41,450 bases of DNA from an uncultured Acidaminococcus sp. (GCA_900770265.1 CAAGJR010000210.1:1-41450), one strand, 5' to 3'. Numbered from the stretch's first letter, positions 5,409-14,998 are shown. The notes: generated by a model not told the origin, from the letters alone. Program-made: numbers and translations.

Positions 5409-7574
5409 ATGGAATTCAAGATTGCCCTTGCCGGCAACCCCAACACCGGTAAAACCACCCTGTTCAATGCCCTGACGGGTTCCAACCAATTCGTCGGCAA
5501 CTGGCCCGGTGTTACCGTAGAAAAAAAGGAAGGGAAACTGATCGGTCATCCGGATGTGATCATCCAGGACCTGCCCGGTATCTACTCTCTTTCCCCGTAC
5601 ACCCTGGAAGAAGTGGTGTCCCGTACCTACCTGGTAAAGGAACGGCCGGACGCCATCCTGAACATCGTGGATGGCACGAACCTGGAACGGAACCTGTACC
5701 TTTCCACCCAGCTGGCTGAACTGGGCATCCCCATGGTCATGGCTGTGAACATGATGGACATGGTCCGGACAAACGGCGATATCATCAACATCGACAAACT
5801 GAGCCAGCGCATGGGCTGCCCGGTCATCGAGATCTCCGCCCGTACCGGCGAAGGCATCAAGGAAGCCGCCGACCTGGCCGCCAAGGTGGCCAAGCACCAG
5901 CAGGTGATGGTGGCCAAACACTCCTTCGACGGTCCTGTGGAACACGCCCTGGCCCACATCGAAGAAGCCACCCAGGGCATGCTGCCCGCCCATCAGGAAC
6001 GGTGGTATGTGATCAAACTGTTCGAACGGGATGCCAAGGTGCAGGAAGCCCTGAAGCTGCCCCAATCCGTCATCGACCACATCGACGGCGACATCGAAGC
6101 CGTGGAACAGGAACTGGATGACGATGCGGAATCCATCATCACCAACGAGCGGTACAAATACATCAGCTCCATCATCGGCGAATGCAACATCAAGAAGAGC
6201 AAAGGCAAGCTGACCACGTCCGATAAAATCGACAAGATTGTCACCAACCGGTGGCTGGCCCTCCCCATCTTCGCTGCCATCATGTTCCTGGTCTATTACG
6301 TTTCTGTGACCACCATCGGCACCGACGCTACGGACTGGGTGAACGATACCCTGTTCGGGGATATCCTGATTCCGGCTGCGGATGACTTCTTTGACAGCAT
6401 CGGTGTGGCCGACTGGCTGCACGGCCTGGTCGTGGACGGCATCATTTCCGGCGTGGGCGCTGTGCTGGGCTTCGTACCCCAGATGGTCGTCCTGTTCATT
6501 TTCCTGGCCTTCCTGGAAGCCTGCGGCTACATGGCCCGTATCGCTTTCATCCTGGACCGTGCGTTCCGGAAATTCGGTCTGTCCGGTAAATCCTTCATCC
6601 CCATGCTGATCGGTTCCGGCTGCGGCGTGCCCGGCATCATGGCTTCCCGTACCATCGAGAACCAGTCCGACCGCCGGATGACCATCATGACCACCACCAT
6701 GATCCCCTGCTCCGCCAAGATGCCGATCATCGCTCTGATCGCCGGCGCCTATTTCAACGGAGAATGGTGGGTCGCTCCCTCTGCCTACTTCGTGGGGATT
6801 TTCTCCATCATCATTTCCGGCATCATCCTGAAAAAGACAAAGCTGTTCGCCGGGGATCCTGCTCCCTTCGTCATGGAACTGCCTCCCTACCATATGCCCA
6901 CCCTGGGCAACATCGGCCGCAGCGTGTGGGAACGGAGCTCCTCCTTCATCAAGAAGGCCGGCACCGTGATCCTGCTGTCCACCATCCTGGTGTGGTTCCT
7001 GTCCAGCTTCGGCTGGGATGACGGCGCCTTCACCATGCTGGATGATGATGCCCTGAACGAATCCATCCTGGCCTTCATCGGCAACAAGGTTGCCTGGATC
7101 TTCTCCCCGCTGGGCTGGGGCGACTGGAAAGCCGCTGTGGCTGCGTTCACCGGCCTGATCGCCAAGGAAAACCTGGTCGGTACCTTCGGGATCCTGTATG
7201 GGCTGGCTGATGCCGCGGAAGACGGCGAAGAATTCTGGGGCACGTTCGCGCAGGACTTCTCCGTGCTGAGTGCATATTCCTTCCTGGTGTTCAACCTGCT
7301 GTGCGCTCCCTGCGTGGCAGCCATGGGTGCCATCAAACGGGAAATGAACAACGGCAAATGGACCCTGATCGCCATCGGCTACCAGTGCGGTTTCGCGTAC
7401 TGCATGGCCCTGATGTTCTACCAGTTCGGTACGTTCATCTCCACGGGTGTGTTCACCCTGGGTACGGCTGCTGCCTGCGTGGTGCTGGCTGTGATGGTCT
7501 ACCTGCTGCTGCGTCCGGCTCCCAACTATAACGGAGAAATCAAAGTAGAAGATGCAGCCAATGTAATCGACTGA
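5409..7574 (+). CDS. feoB: Ferrous iron transporter B
   Basis: GNPNTGKT, VGNWPGVTVE and DLPGIYSL motifs plus a polytopic membrane C-terminus; ATG at 5409. Confidence 0.97.
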   Translation: MEFKIALAGNPNTGKTTLFNALTGSNQFVGNWPGVTVEKKEGKLIGHPDVIIQDLPGIYSLSPYTLEEVVSRTYLVKERPDAILNIVDGTNLERNLYLSTQLAELGIPMVMAVNMMDMVRTNGDIINIDKLSQRMGCPVIEISARTGEGIKEAADLAAKVAKHQQVMVAKHSFDGPVEHALAHIEEATQGMLPAHQERWYVIKLFERDAKVQEALKLPQSVIDHIDGDIEAVEQELDDDAESIITNERYKYISSIIGECNIKKSKGKLTTSDKIDKIVTNRWLALPIFAAIMFLVYYVSVTTIGTDATDWVNDTLFGDILIPAADDFFDSIGVADWLHGLVVDGIISGVGAVLGFVPQMVVLFIFLAFLEACGYMARIAFILDRAFRKFGLSGKSFIPMLIGSGCGVPGIMASRTIENQSDRRMTIMTTTMIPCSAKMPIIALIAGAYFNGEWWVAPSAYFVGIFSIIISGIILKKTKLFAGDPAPFVMELPPYHMPTLGNIGRSVWERSSSFIKKAGTVILLSTILVWFLSSFGWDDGAFTMLDDDALNESILAFIGNKVAWIFSPLGWGDWKAAVAAFTGLIAKENLVGTFGILYGLADAAEDGEEFWGTFAQDFSVLSAYSFLVFNLLCAPCVAAMGAIKREMNNGKWTLIAIGYQCGFAYCMALMFYQFGTFISTGVFTLGTAAACVVLAVMVYLLLRPAPNYNGEIKVEDAANVID

Positions 7575-7641
7575 TGATATAATGAAGGGGGTGTCCGCAG
7601 GGATGCCCCCTTCATTGGCAAATTGTAAAGGAGAATATTCT

Positions 7642-7779
7642 ATGGGAACATTCATTGTAGGAGCAATCCTGTTCCTCATCGTGGCGGCGGTCATCCGCAA
7701 GATGTACCATGACCACAAATCCGGCAAAAGCTCCTGCGGCTGCGATTGCGGCAGCTGCGGCTTGTGCCATAAAAAATAA
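7642..7779 (+). CDS. FeoB-associated Cys-rich membrane protein
   Basis: MGTFIVGAILFLIVAAVIRK transmembrane helix and CGCDCGSCGLC; AAGGAG RBS. Confidence 0.88.
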   Translation: MGTFIVGAILFLIVAAVIRKMYHDHKSGKSSCGCDCGSCGLCHKK

Positions 7780-7805
7780 GACGCCGAAAGGCGTCTTATT
7801 TTTTT
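7772..7805 (+). terminator. Terminator of the feo operon
   Basis: AATAAGACGCC-GAAA-GGCGTCTTATTTTTTT. Confidence 0.85.
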
Positions 7806-7831
7806 GTCCTGGCCCTCCGGGAGGCCTGGAA

Positions 7832-7960
7832 CGGGCGCACCGGGCGGGATCGCTGCGCGACCCTTGGTTCGCCCCTACGGCGTTTCACCAACCTTTGCAC
7901 CGTGTTACCGTAGGGGCTTACCAAGACCGGCGGTACGCCGTGTCGCCCGGTAAGCCCGCC
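7832..7960. repeat. Doublet of long-form GTAG-REP-like elements (7832-7878 -, 7910-7960 +)
   Basis: The same doublet recurs at 41313-41450; the GTAG tags face the 31-nt spacer. Confidence 0.85.
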
Positions 7961-8019
7961 ACTAATCACTTATCACTTTTATGTATCCTGTATCCACTCA
8001 CTTTTCTGATTTTTCCCCA

Positions 8020-8090
8020 TTGACAAACGTATTAGAAAAGAGTACTATTGAACTGTCAAATAAAGAAATTATTATTAAAATAGTTTCTTT
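8020..8090 (+). promoter_or_regulatory. Sigma-70 promoter with a downstream AT-rich inverted repeat
   Basis: TTGACA-17-TACTAT (8020-8048); AAAGAAATTATT-N5-AATAGTTTCTTT (8062-8090). Confidence 0.65.
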
Positions 8091-8155
8091 CTTATTTCAA
8101 ACGGTATTATAACTTGAAGGCATTTCAACTTTTTCTGGTAAGAGGAGGTAGTACA

Positions 8156-10063
8156 ATGTTATTCACCACCACACAGGATCATGAAGAATTCCGTGCCAAG
8201 GTCCGCGGCTTTGCGGAAACCAAGATCAAACCCATTGCGTTCATGCTGGACAAGGAAAACAAGTTCCCCGATGAACAAGTGAAAGAAATGGGCGAAATGG
8301 GCCTGATGGGTATTCCTTTCCCCAAAGAATACGGCGGCGCCGGCCTGGATTATATCGACTATGCCATCGCCGTTGAAGAACTGGCCCGTGTCGACGGCGG
8401 CGCCGGGGTTATCCTCTCTGCCCACGTTTCCCTGGGCTCCTACCCCATCTTCGCCTTCGGTACCGAAGAGCAGAAACGGAAATACCTGGTTCCCCTGGCC
8501 TCCGGTAAAAAAATCGGCGCTTTCGGCCTGACCGAACCCAACGCCGGGTCCGATGCCGGTGAAACGGAAACCACCGCTGAATTCGACGGCACGAACTGGA
8601 TTTTGAACGGCAACAAGATCTTCATCACCAACGCCGGCAAGGCCGATACCTACGTGGTATTCGCCGTAACGGAACCGGGCAAGGGCACCCGGGGCATCAG
8701 CGCCTTCATCGTAGAAAAGGGCATGCCGGGCTTCACGTTCGGTGATCACTACGACAAGCTGGGCATCCGCTCCTCTGCCACGGCAGAACTGATTTTCAAC
8801 AACGTGAAGGTCCCGAAAGAGAACCTGTTGGGCAAACGGGGTCAGGGCTTCAAGATCGCCATGGCTACCCTGGACGGCGGCCGTATCGGGATTGCCGCAC
8901 AGGCACTGGGTATCGCCCAGGGCGCCTACGAAGCCGCTCTGAACTACTCCAAGGAACGGATCCAGTTCAACGCCCCCATCTGCCAGAACCAGGGCGTATC
9001 CTTCAAACTGGCCGACATGGCCACGAAACTGCGGGCTGCCCGGTTCCTGGTCTACAGCGCTGCAGAACTGAAGCAGAACCACCAGGATTACGGCATGGAA
9101 AGCGCCATGGCCAAGATGTACGCTTCCGATGCAGCCGTATCCATCACCAACGACGCCCTGCAGATCTTCGGCGGCACCGGCTACCTGAAGGGCATGGATG
9201 TGGAACGGTTCTACCGTGACGCCAAGATCACCACCATCTACGAAGGCACCAACGAAATCCAGCGGGTGGTCATCGCCAGCCACATCACCGACAAGATGTC
9301 CGTGGCCAAGCACGGTGGCGCTCCCAAGCAGAACGCAGCCATCACCGGCGCCCGGAAGAAACAGATCTTCAAGGACGGCACGCCGGAAGAACAGGTGGCC
9401 GCTCTGGTCCAGGCCCTGAAAGACGACGGCTATGACTTCACCGTGGGCATCCCCATCGACACCCCGATTTCCGATGCAGAACGGGTGGTCAGCGCCGGCA
9501 AGGGCATCGGCGAAAAAGCCAACATGAAGCTGATCGAAGAACTGGCCAAACAGGCCGGGGCCGCTGTGGGCTCCTCCCGTCCTGTGGCAGAAACCCTGCA
9601 GTACGTACCCATCGACCGGTATGTGGGCATGAGCGGCCAGAAGTTCAACGGCAACCTGTACATCGCCTGCGGCATCTCCGGGGCTGTGCAGCACCTGAAG
9701 GGCATCAAGAATGCCACCACCATCGTGGCCATCAACATCAACGCCGGCGCTCCCATCTTCAAGAACTGCGACTACGGGATCGTGGGTGATGTGAAGGTCA
9801 TCCTGCCGCTCCTGGCCAAGGCCCTGAACAACGGCCAGCCCAAGAAACCGGCTCCTCCTATGGTGAAGATGAAGAGACCGCTGATTCTGAAAGATATGCC
9901 GGAAGGCCGTTACGTCTGCAAGGGCTGCGGTTATGAATACAACCCGGATCTGGGCGATCCCGATGCGGATGTGAAACCGGGCACCAAGTTCCAGGATCTG
10001 CCGGAAGACTGGGTCTGCCCGCTGTGCAACTCTGCCAAGTCCGAATTCGTAGCCGTAAAGTGA
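8156..10063 (+). CDS. Acyl-CoA dehydrogenase / EtfA FAD-binding domain / rubredoxin fusion protein
   Basis: ACAD motifs [18 protein letters not shown] and [10 protein letters not shown]; EtfA motifs VVSAGKG, VGSSRP and [13 protein letters not shown]; rubredoxin CKGC...WVCPLC. GAGGAGG RBS. Confidence 0.93.
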   Translation: MLFTTTQDHEEFRAKVRGFAETKIKPIAFMLDKENKFPDEQVKEMGEMGLMGIPFPKEYGGAGLDYIDYAIAVEELARVDGGAGVILSAHVSLGSYPIFAFGTEEQKRKYLVPLASGKKIGAFGLTEPNAGSDAGETETTAEFDGTNWILNGNKIFITNAGKADTYVVFAVTEPGKGTRGISAFIVEKGMPGFTFGDHYDKLGIRSSATAELIFNNVKVPKENLLGKRGQGFKIAMATLDGGRIGIAAQALGIAQGAYEAALNYSKERIQFNAPICQNQGVSFKLADMATKLRAARFLVYSAAELKQNHQDYGMESAMAKMYASDAAVSITNDALQIFGGTGYLKGMDVERFYRDAKITTIYEGTNEIQRVVIASHITDKMSVAKHGGAPKQNAAITGARKKQIFKDGTPEEQVAALVQALKDDGYDFTVGIPIDTPISDAERVVSAGKGIGEKANMKLIEELAKQAGAAVGSSRPVAETLQYVPIDRYVGMSGQKFNGNLYIACGISGAVQHLKGIKNATTIVAININAGAPIFKNCDYGIVGDVKVILPLLAKALNNGQPKKPAPPMVKMKRPLILKDMPEGRYVCKGCGYEYNPDLGDPDADVKPGTKFQDLPEDWVCPLCNSAKSEFVAVK

Positions 10064-10079
10064 GAAAAGGAGCGTAACT

Positions 10080-11297
10080 ATGGAATGTGTTAGACAATTA
10101 ACCAAAGACTTATACTGGGTCGGTGCTGATGACCGCCGTCTGGCTCTGTTCGAAAACATCCACCCCATTCCCCGGGGCGTATCCTATAACTCCTATCTGC
10201 TGCTGGACGAAAAGACCGTGCTGTTCGATACGGCCGACTGGTCCGTATGCAAGCAGTTCCTGGAAAACGTGGAAGGCGTGCTGAACGGCCGCAAGCTGGA
10301 TTACATGATCATCAACCACGTGGAACCGGACCATGCCGCTTCCATCGAAGAAGTGCTGCTGCGCCATCCGGAAACCACGGTGATCAGCAATGAACAGGCC
10401 TTCACCCTCATGGACCAGTTCGGGTACAAGGTGGAAGGCGAAAAACAGATCGTGGTGAAGGAAGGCGACACCCAGAAGTTCGGGAAACACACCATCGCCT
10501 TTGTGGCGGCTCCCATGGTCCACTGGCCGGAAGCCATGGTGTCCTTCGACCTGACCACGGGCACCCTGTTCTCCGCCGATGCCTTCGGTTCCTTCGGGGC
10601 TCTGGGCGGCCGGATTTTCAACGACGAAGTGAACTTCGACCGGGATTGGCTGGACGATGCCCGCCGGTACTACACCAACATCGTGGGCAAATACGGCCCC
10701 TTCGTCATGGACCTGCTGGGCAAGGCCGGTCAGCTGGACATCAAGATGATCTGCCCGCTGCACGGGCCGGTATGGCGGAACAACATCCCCTACCTGCTGG
10801 ACAAATACGTGCACTGGGCCACGTATGAACCGGAAGAAAAAGGCGTGCTGCTGGTCTATGCCTCCATGTACGGCAACACCGAAAGCACCGCTTCCGTGCT
10901 GGCCGCCAAGCTGGCCGAAAAGGGCATGACCAACATCCACATGTACGATGTGTCCAAGACGGATATCTCCTACCTGATCTCCGATGCCTTCAAATACAGC
11001 CATCTGGTGCTGGCGTCCGTAACCTACAACCTGGGCATCTATCCCAAGATGCTGAACTTCCTGGAAGACATGAAGGCCCTGAATGTGCAGAAACGGATCG
11101 TGGGCATCATCGAAAACGGTTCCTGGGCCTGCACTGTGGGCGGCCTGATGACCGACTTCCTGGAAAACAACATGAAGGCCATGACCGTGCTGCAGGACGG
11201 TGTGACCATCAACTCCCGGATGACCGGAGGCCAGGAACGGAGCATGAACGACCTGGTGGATGCGATCATCAACTCCATGAAGGAAGAGAAGAAGTAA
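10080..11297 (+). CDS. fprA: Class A flavodiiron protein (O2/NO reductase)
   Basis: NHVEPDH, VHWPE, FSADAFG and PLHG motifs; flavodoxin motif YASMYGNT. Confidence 0.93.
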   Translation: MECVRQLTKDLYWVGADDRRLALFENIHPIPRGVSYNSYLLLDEKTVLFDTADWSVCKQFLENVEGVLNGRKLDYMIINHVEPDHAASIEEVLLRHPETTVISNEQAFTLMDQFGYKVEGEKQIVVKEGDTQKFGKHTIAFVAAPMVHWPEAMVSFDLTTGTLFSADAFGSFGALGGRIFNDEVNFDRDWLDDARRYYTNIVGKYGPFVMDLLGKAGQLDIKMICPLHGPVWRNNIPYLLDKYVHWATYEPEEKGVLLVYASMYGNTESTASVLAAKLAEKGMTNIHMYDVSKTDISYLISDAFKYSHLVLASVTYNLGIYPKMLNFLEDMKALNVQKRIVGIIENGSWACTVGGLMTDFLENNMKAMTVLQDGVTINSRMTGGQERSMNDLVDAIINSMKEEKK

Positions 11298-11300
11298 ATA

Positions 11301-11338
11301 AAAAAATAAGGCTGCCGCAATGGCAGCCTTATTTTTTT
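11301..11338 (+). terminator. Terminator after fprA
   Basis: AATAAGGCTGCC-GCAAT-GGCAGCCTTATTTTTTT. Confidence 0.85.
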
Positions 11339-11368
11339 AGTGATTAGTGGGTAGTGGTTAGTGATTAG
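11338..11368. repeat. Degenerate heptamer array (TAGTGRT)n
   Basis: tagtgat tagtggg tagtggt tagtgat tag. Confidence 0.75.
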
Positions 11369-11430
11369 AAAGGACGGTACAATGTCGGACTTCCGACGCC
11401 CCTTCCCTTGTACGACGGCCACCAACCGTC

Positions 11431-12058
11431 GTAGGGGCGGGTCGGTGACCCGCCCGCCATCGCGGTCTGGGCTTTGCCGGATAGAACCCGTACTGGAACG
11501 TTTTCTGTCACCGCAGGCCCAACAAAAATAAAATGATGGGAATAAAATACCGGGAGCCGGCCCTGAAGAAAGAAAAAGCCAGCCCCTTCCAATCCGAATG
11601 CATCCAATTTATCCAGAATCTGTATCGAGAACAGTCTGAAATGACAGTACCTGTTTGTCAACTATTGACCATGAACAAAAAATCATAAATTTTATGTTTA
11701 TGCTTTTTTGTAAGAGTGTGCACTACCTTAGCAGGCTTGCCGCCGGGCCGTCCCCTTCTCCGGAGCGTAAAAAAATCCAATTTGGCTGTCAGCGGCGCCG
11801 TGCTGCGCAGCAGAAGGCAGAGCTGATGGAATGGCCAAATTGGATTTCCCGTCTCCGGAAAGGGGATGCGCCCGGAGGAAGAGCCTGCGGCGACAAGCAG
11901 GTCCAGTTGCGTTACGGTCAAAGTTGCATCGCGATACGGTCGACCTGTACGTTGCGGGGCGGGCTCACCAACGGGTGAGCCCCTACAAAATCTCACCGAA
12001 TTGTTGGAAAGGCATCCTTATACCCGGCTTGGCGGGCGGTTCACCGAACCGCCCCTAC
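11431..12058. repeat. Three short GTAG-REP-like palindromes (11431-11458 +, 11958-11986 -, 12031-12058 -)
   Basis: GTAGGGGCGGGTC-GGT-GACCCGCCCGCC; GTAGGGGCTCACC-CGTT-GGTGAGCCCGCC; GTAGGGGCGGTTC-GGT-GAACCGCCCGCC. Confidence 0.8.
11731..11888 (+). other. Long imperfect rod-like hairpin (candidate ncRNA or structured repeat element)
   Basis: Nested arms GCAGGCT/AGCCTGC, CCGGGC/GCCCGG, CGTCCCCTT/AAGGGGATG, TCCGGAG/CTCCGGA, a perfect 14 bp pair 11773-11786/11834-11847, and TGTCAGC/GCTGATG. Confidence 0.65.
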
Positions 12059-12135
12059 GTGGTCCGGTTATCATCGAAATATGGACTGCTAGCCGAAAAG
12101 TCCACTTCATTGCGAACCATCTCTTCACTAAAAAA

Positions 12136-12258
12136 GAGCTGTGAAATAATGATTCACAGCTCCTTACATTTGCCAGCGTGAGCTGGCTTCCATCGGCTAG
12201 TGACTAGTGACCAGTGACTAGTGACTGGGGTGTGAAAAAGCATTTTTTCACACCCCAG
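12136..12258 (-). repeat. Heptamer module between two TGTGA..TCACA hairpins downstream of tsaD
   Basis: GCCAGC..GCTGGC-TTCCATCGGC-(TAGTGAC)4; hairpins at 12136-12162 and 12225-12258. Confidence 0.85.
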
Positions 12259-12262
12259 CTTT

Positions 12263-13282
12263 TTATTCCCCCAGCTTCAAACTGGGATCCGCATTCAGAT
12301 CCAGGCTGGCGAAATCTTTGTTCAGATACTGGTAGTATCCCCGCACCCCGATCATCACGGCGTTGTCGGTGCATAAGATTGGCGTAGGATGGACCAGCTC
12401 CGCCCCCACAGCTTTCGCCCCTTTGGCCAGGGCTTCCTGCAGGTGCTTGTTGGCCGATACGCCGCCGGCCAGTACGATTTTCTTCAGCCCGGTGGCCTTC
12501 AGGGCCTCCTGAGCCTTTTTCACCAGCACGTCCACGATGGCCTGCTGGAAGGACGCAGCCACGTCTTCCCGGCGGAAGTCACTTTTCCGCTGTTCTTCCG
12601 TATGCACGTAGTTGATCACGGCGCTCTTCAGGCCGCTGAAGCTGAAATCGTAGCAGCCGGGCAGCAGAGGCCGGGGAAAATCGATGGCACCGGCATCGCC
12701 GTTTTTGGCCAGCCGCTCGATTTCCGGACCGCCGGGATACGGCAGCCCCATGAACCGGGCGATCTTGTCAAAGGCTTCGCCGGCCGCGTCGTCCCGGGTC
12801 TGCCCCAGCAGTCGGAACGTATTGTAATCTTCCACCACCAGAAGGGACGTATGGCCCCCGCTGACCACCAGGGCCAGGAACGGCGGTTTCAGCTCCGGAT
12901 CCGCCAGGAAGTTGGCAAATACATGGCCTTCCAGATGGTTCACGCCAATCAATGGTTTGCCGCTGCCCAGGGCCAGCCCCTTGGCGGCACTGAGCCCCAC
13001 CAGCAGGGCACCCACCAGGCCGGGCCCGTAGGTCACGGCAATGGCATCCACGTCCTGCAAGGTCATTTTTGCGTCCGTCAGAGCCTTGTCGATGACCGGC
13101 ATCACATGTTCGATATGTTTCCGGGAAGCGATTTCCGGCACCACCCCGCCGAATTTCCGGTGGACCAGGATCTGGGTGGACACCACATTGGACAGGACCT
13201 CCCGCCCGTTGCGCACCACCGAGGCCGCCGTCTCGTCACAGCTGCTTTCGATTCCCAGGATATTGATGTTCTTGTTTTCCAT
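12263..13282 (-). CDS. tsaD: tRNA t6A37 threonylcarbamoyltransferase TsaD
   Basis: GIESSCDET, VNHLEGH, SGGHT and DNAVMI motifs. Confidence 0.97.
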   Translation of the reverse strand: MENKNINILGIESSCDETAASVVRNGREVLSNVVSTQILVHRKFGGVVPEIASRKHIEHVMPVIDKALTDAKMTLQDVDAIAVTYGPGLVGALLVGLSAAKGLALGSGKPLIGVNHLEGHVFANFLADPELKPPFLALVVSGGHTSLLVVEDYNTFRLLGQTRDDAAGEAFDKIARFMGLPYPGGPEIERLAKNGDAGAIDFPRPLLPGCYDFSFSGLKSAVINYVHTEEQRKSDFRREDVAASFQQAIVDVLVKKAQEALKATGLKKIVLAGGVSANKHLQEALAKGAKAVGAELVHPTPILCTDNAVMIGVRGYYQYLNKDFASLDLNADPSLKLGE

Positions 13283-13295
13283 GTTCTCCTCTATT

Positions 13296-13751
13296 TCACA
13301 GGTCGCAGCGCATCAAAATGGCCGCTTCCCCGTTATCTCCGTAATAGCCTTCCCGCCGGCCGCATTCCGTGAACCCTACATGGTCATAGGTGCGCCGGGC
13401 CGGGGTGTTGCCTTCCCGCACTTCCAGGGTCATCTCGAAGGCTTCCAGGCGCCGTGCTTCCTCCTGCATGGCTTCCAGAAGACGCAGCCCCAGCTTCTCT
13501 CCCCGCCGGGCAGGATCCACCGCCAGCCGCATGACCTGGGCTTCTCCGGCCACCAGCCAGAAACCGCCGAAGGCTACAGGTACTCCGTCCTGTTCCAGGG
13601 CGATGTAGTGCCCCAGCCGGCCAGCCAGTTCATCCCGCCAGGTTGCTTCCTCCCAGGCTTCTGCAAACGAACCGGCATCAAGAGGCAGCAGCCACTCCAG
13701 GTCGTCTTCCCCCAGAGCCCTTACCGTCCCTGAGGATGTCTCTTTTCCCAT
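13296..13751 (-). CDS. rimI: RimI-like GNAT acetyltransferase
   Basis: LAVDPARRG, LEVR and GRREGYY motifs; GGAGGA RBS before ATG 13751; position between tsaB and tsaD. Confidence 0.88.
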   Translation of the reverse strand: MGKETSSGTVRALGEDDLEWLLPLDAGSFAEAWEEATWRDELAGRLGHYIALEQDGVPVAFGGFWLVAGEAQVMRLAVDPARRGEKLGLRLLEAMQEEARRLEAFEMTLEVREGNTPARRTYDHVGFTECGRREGYYGDNGEAAILMRCDL

Positions 13752-14422
13752 AATTCCTCCGCTTCCGACCGCCGGATGTAAAAGGGATCCATGCCGAAAT
13801 AGGCATGTTTGTCCGCTTCCGGATCGAACTGTTTCGCACCCAGGATCGCAACCGAAGATCCCCGGGGCAGCCGGGCACTTTCCGGTGCCACGAAAACCTT
13901 CGTGAATTCGCCTTCCAGAGGCACCCGCTGGCATTCTCCCAGGAGGATGGCCGGGGTGTCCCCCGCCTCCAGCTGCGCCGCCAGCTCCTTGCCGGCCACG
14001 ATTTCCACCGGCGCCAGTTCCACCAGTTCTCCGTCCTTCCAGGCATAGCTGCCTACGTACAGGTTGCCCTTCTGGGCGTCCAGGACGGGCGTCAGGCGCA
14101 CGCCGGGCACCGGCAGGTTATAAGCGATGGCCTTCAGGGTATCCACCGCCACCAGGGGCTTATCCAGGGCATAGGCCATGGCTTCCGCCGTAGCCATCCC
14201 GATCCGGAGCCCCGTAAAGGAACCCGGGCCCCGACTCACGGCAATCAGGTCCAGTTCTTCTTTTGTCACCCGGGCCAGCTTCAACAGGGTCTCCAGCTGG
14301 GGCACCAGCCCTTCCGAGTGGGTCAGTCCCACGTTGATATCCAGGCTGCCCAGGATTTTCTCATCCTTGCAGACGGCTACCGAGCACACCCGGGTCGCCG
14401 TATCCATTCCTAATGTCAGCAC
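13721..14422 (-). CDS. tsaB: t6A biosynthesis protein TsaB
   Basis: GMDTAT, HSE, GPGSFTGLRIG and PFYIRRSEAE motifs. Confidence 0.95.
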   Translation of the reverse strand: MLTLGMDTATRVCSVAVCKDEKILGSLDINVGLTHSEGLVPQLETLLKLARVTKEELDLIAVSRGPGSFTGLRIGMATAEAMAYALDKPLVAVDTLKAIAYNLPVPGVRLTPVLDAQKGNLYVGSYAWKDGELVELAPVEIVAGKELAAQLEAGDTPAILLGECQRVPLEGEFTKVFVAPESARLPRGSSVAILGAKQFDPEADKHAYFGMDPFYIRRSEAEELWEKRHPQGR

Positions 14423-14427
14423 GTCTT

Positions 14428-14904
14428 TCAGCCTTCCCGGCCGGACTCTTTTACCAGAGCCCCGGCCAACTCTTCATACCGTTTTCCGTGGGGCAGCAGC
14501 TCCACTTCCCGTCCCTCTCCCTTCCGGGAGAATTTCAGTTCCAGATTTTCTTCCGGCATGGCATCGGGGAACAGTTCCGCCCATTCGATGAACGTCACAC
14601 CGTCCCCTCCGGCATATTCGGAAAAACCGATATCTTCCAGCTCTTCCGGCCAGTTGATCCGATACAAGTCGAAATGTTTGATGTTCAGTTTCTTCCCGTG
14701 ATACACATTCATCAGGGAAAACGTCGGCGAAGTGACCTCCTTGGGATCCACTCCCATGGCCGTGGCGGCCGCGGTCACCAGGCAGGTCTTCCCGGTACCC
14801 AGGTCCCCGTTCAGCAGGATCACATCCCCATCCTGGCAAAGCTGTCCCAGACGCCGTCCCAGGGCTTCTGTAGCCGGTTCGTCCGGACAAAATACAACTG
14901 CCAT
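14428..14904 (-). CDS. tsaE: t6A biosynthesis ATPase TsaE
   Basis: GDLGTGKT, SPTF, HFDLYR and IEW motifs; start at ATG 14904 after an AGGGG RBS. Confidence 0.95.
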   Translation of the reverse strand: MAVVFCPDEPATEALGRRLGQLCQDGDVILLNGDLGTGKTCLVTAAATAMGVDPKEVTSPTFSLMNVYHGKKLNIKHFDLYRINWPEELEDIGFSEYAGGDGVTFIEWAELFPDAMPEENLELKFSRKGEGREVELLPHGKRYEELAGALVKESGREG

Positions 14905-14950
14905 TGTTCCACCCCTTTCGCTCAGCATTCGCAATGTCTTATTATATCAT

Positions 14951-14992
14951 AAAAACGGGACTGCCGCACCGGACAGTCCCGTTTCCTTTCTT
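14951..14992 (-). terminator. Terminator after pckA
   Basis: AAAAACGGGACTG..CAGTCCCGTTT. Confidence 0.7.
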
Positions 14993-14998
14993 ATTCTG

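Noticed and set aside
11731..11888. Long hairpin as 6S RNA or SRP RNA
   Set aside because: It lacks the large central bubble of 6S and the SRP helix-8 GGAA tetraloop motif; its 5' end is also repeated elsewhere. An Rfam scan would settle it.
11655..12181. Short ORFs over repeat islands (also 1093-2017, 7709-8023, 41216-41398)
   Set aside because: They are translations of REP and hairpin DNA, giving recurring pseudo-motifs such as VGAYQ and GKPAKVV, and lack RBSs.
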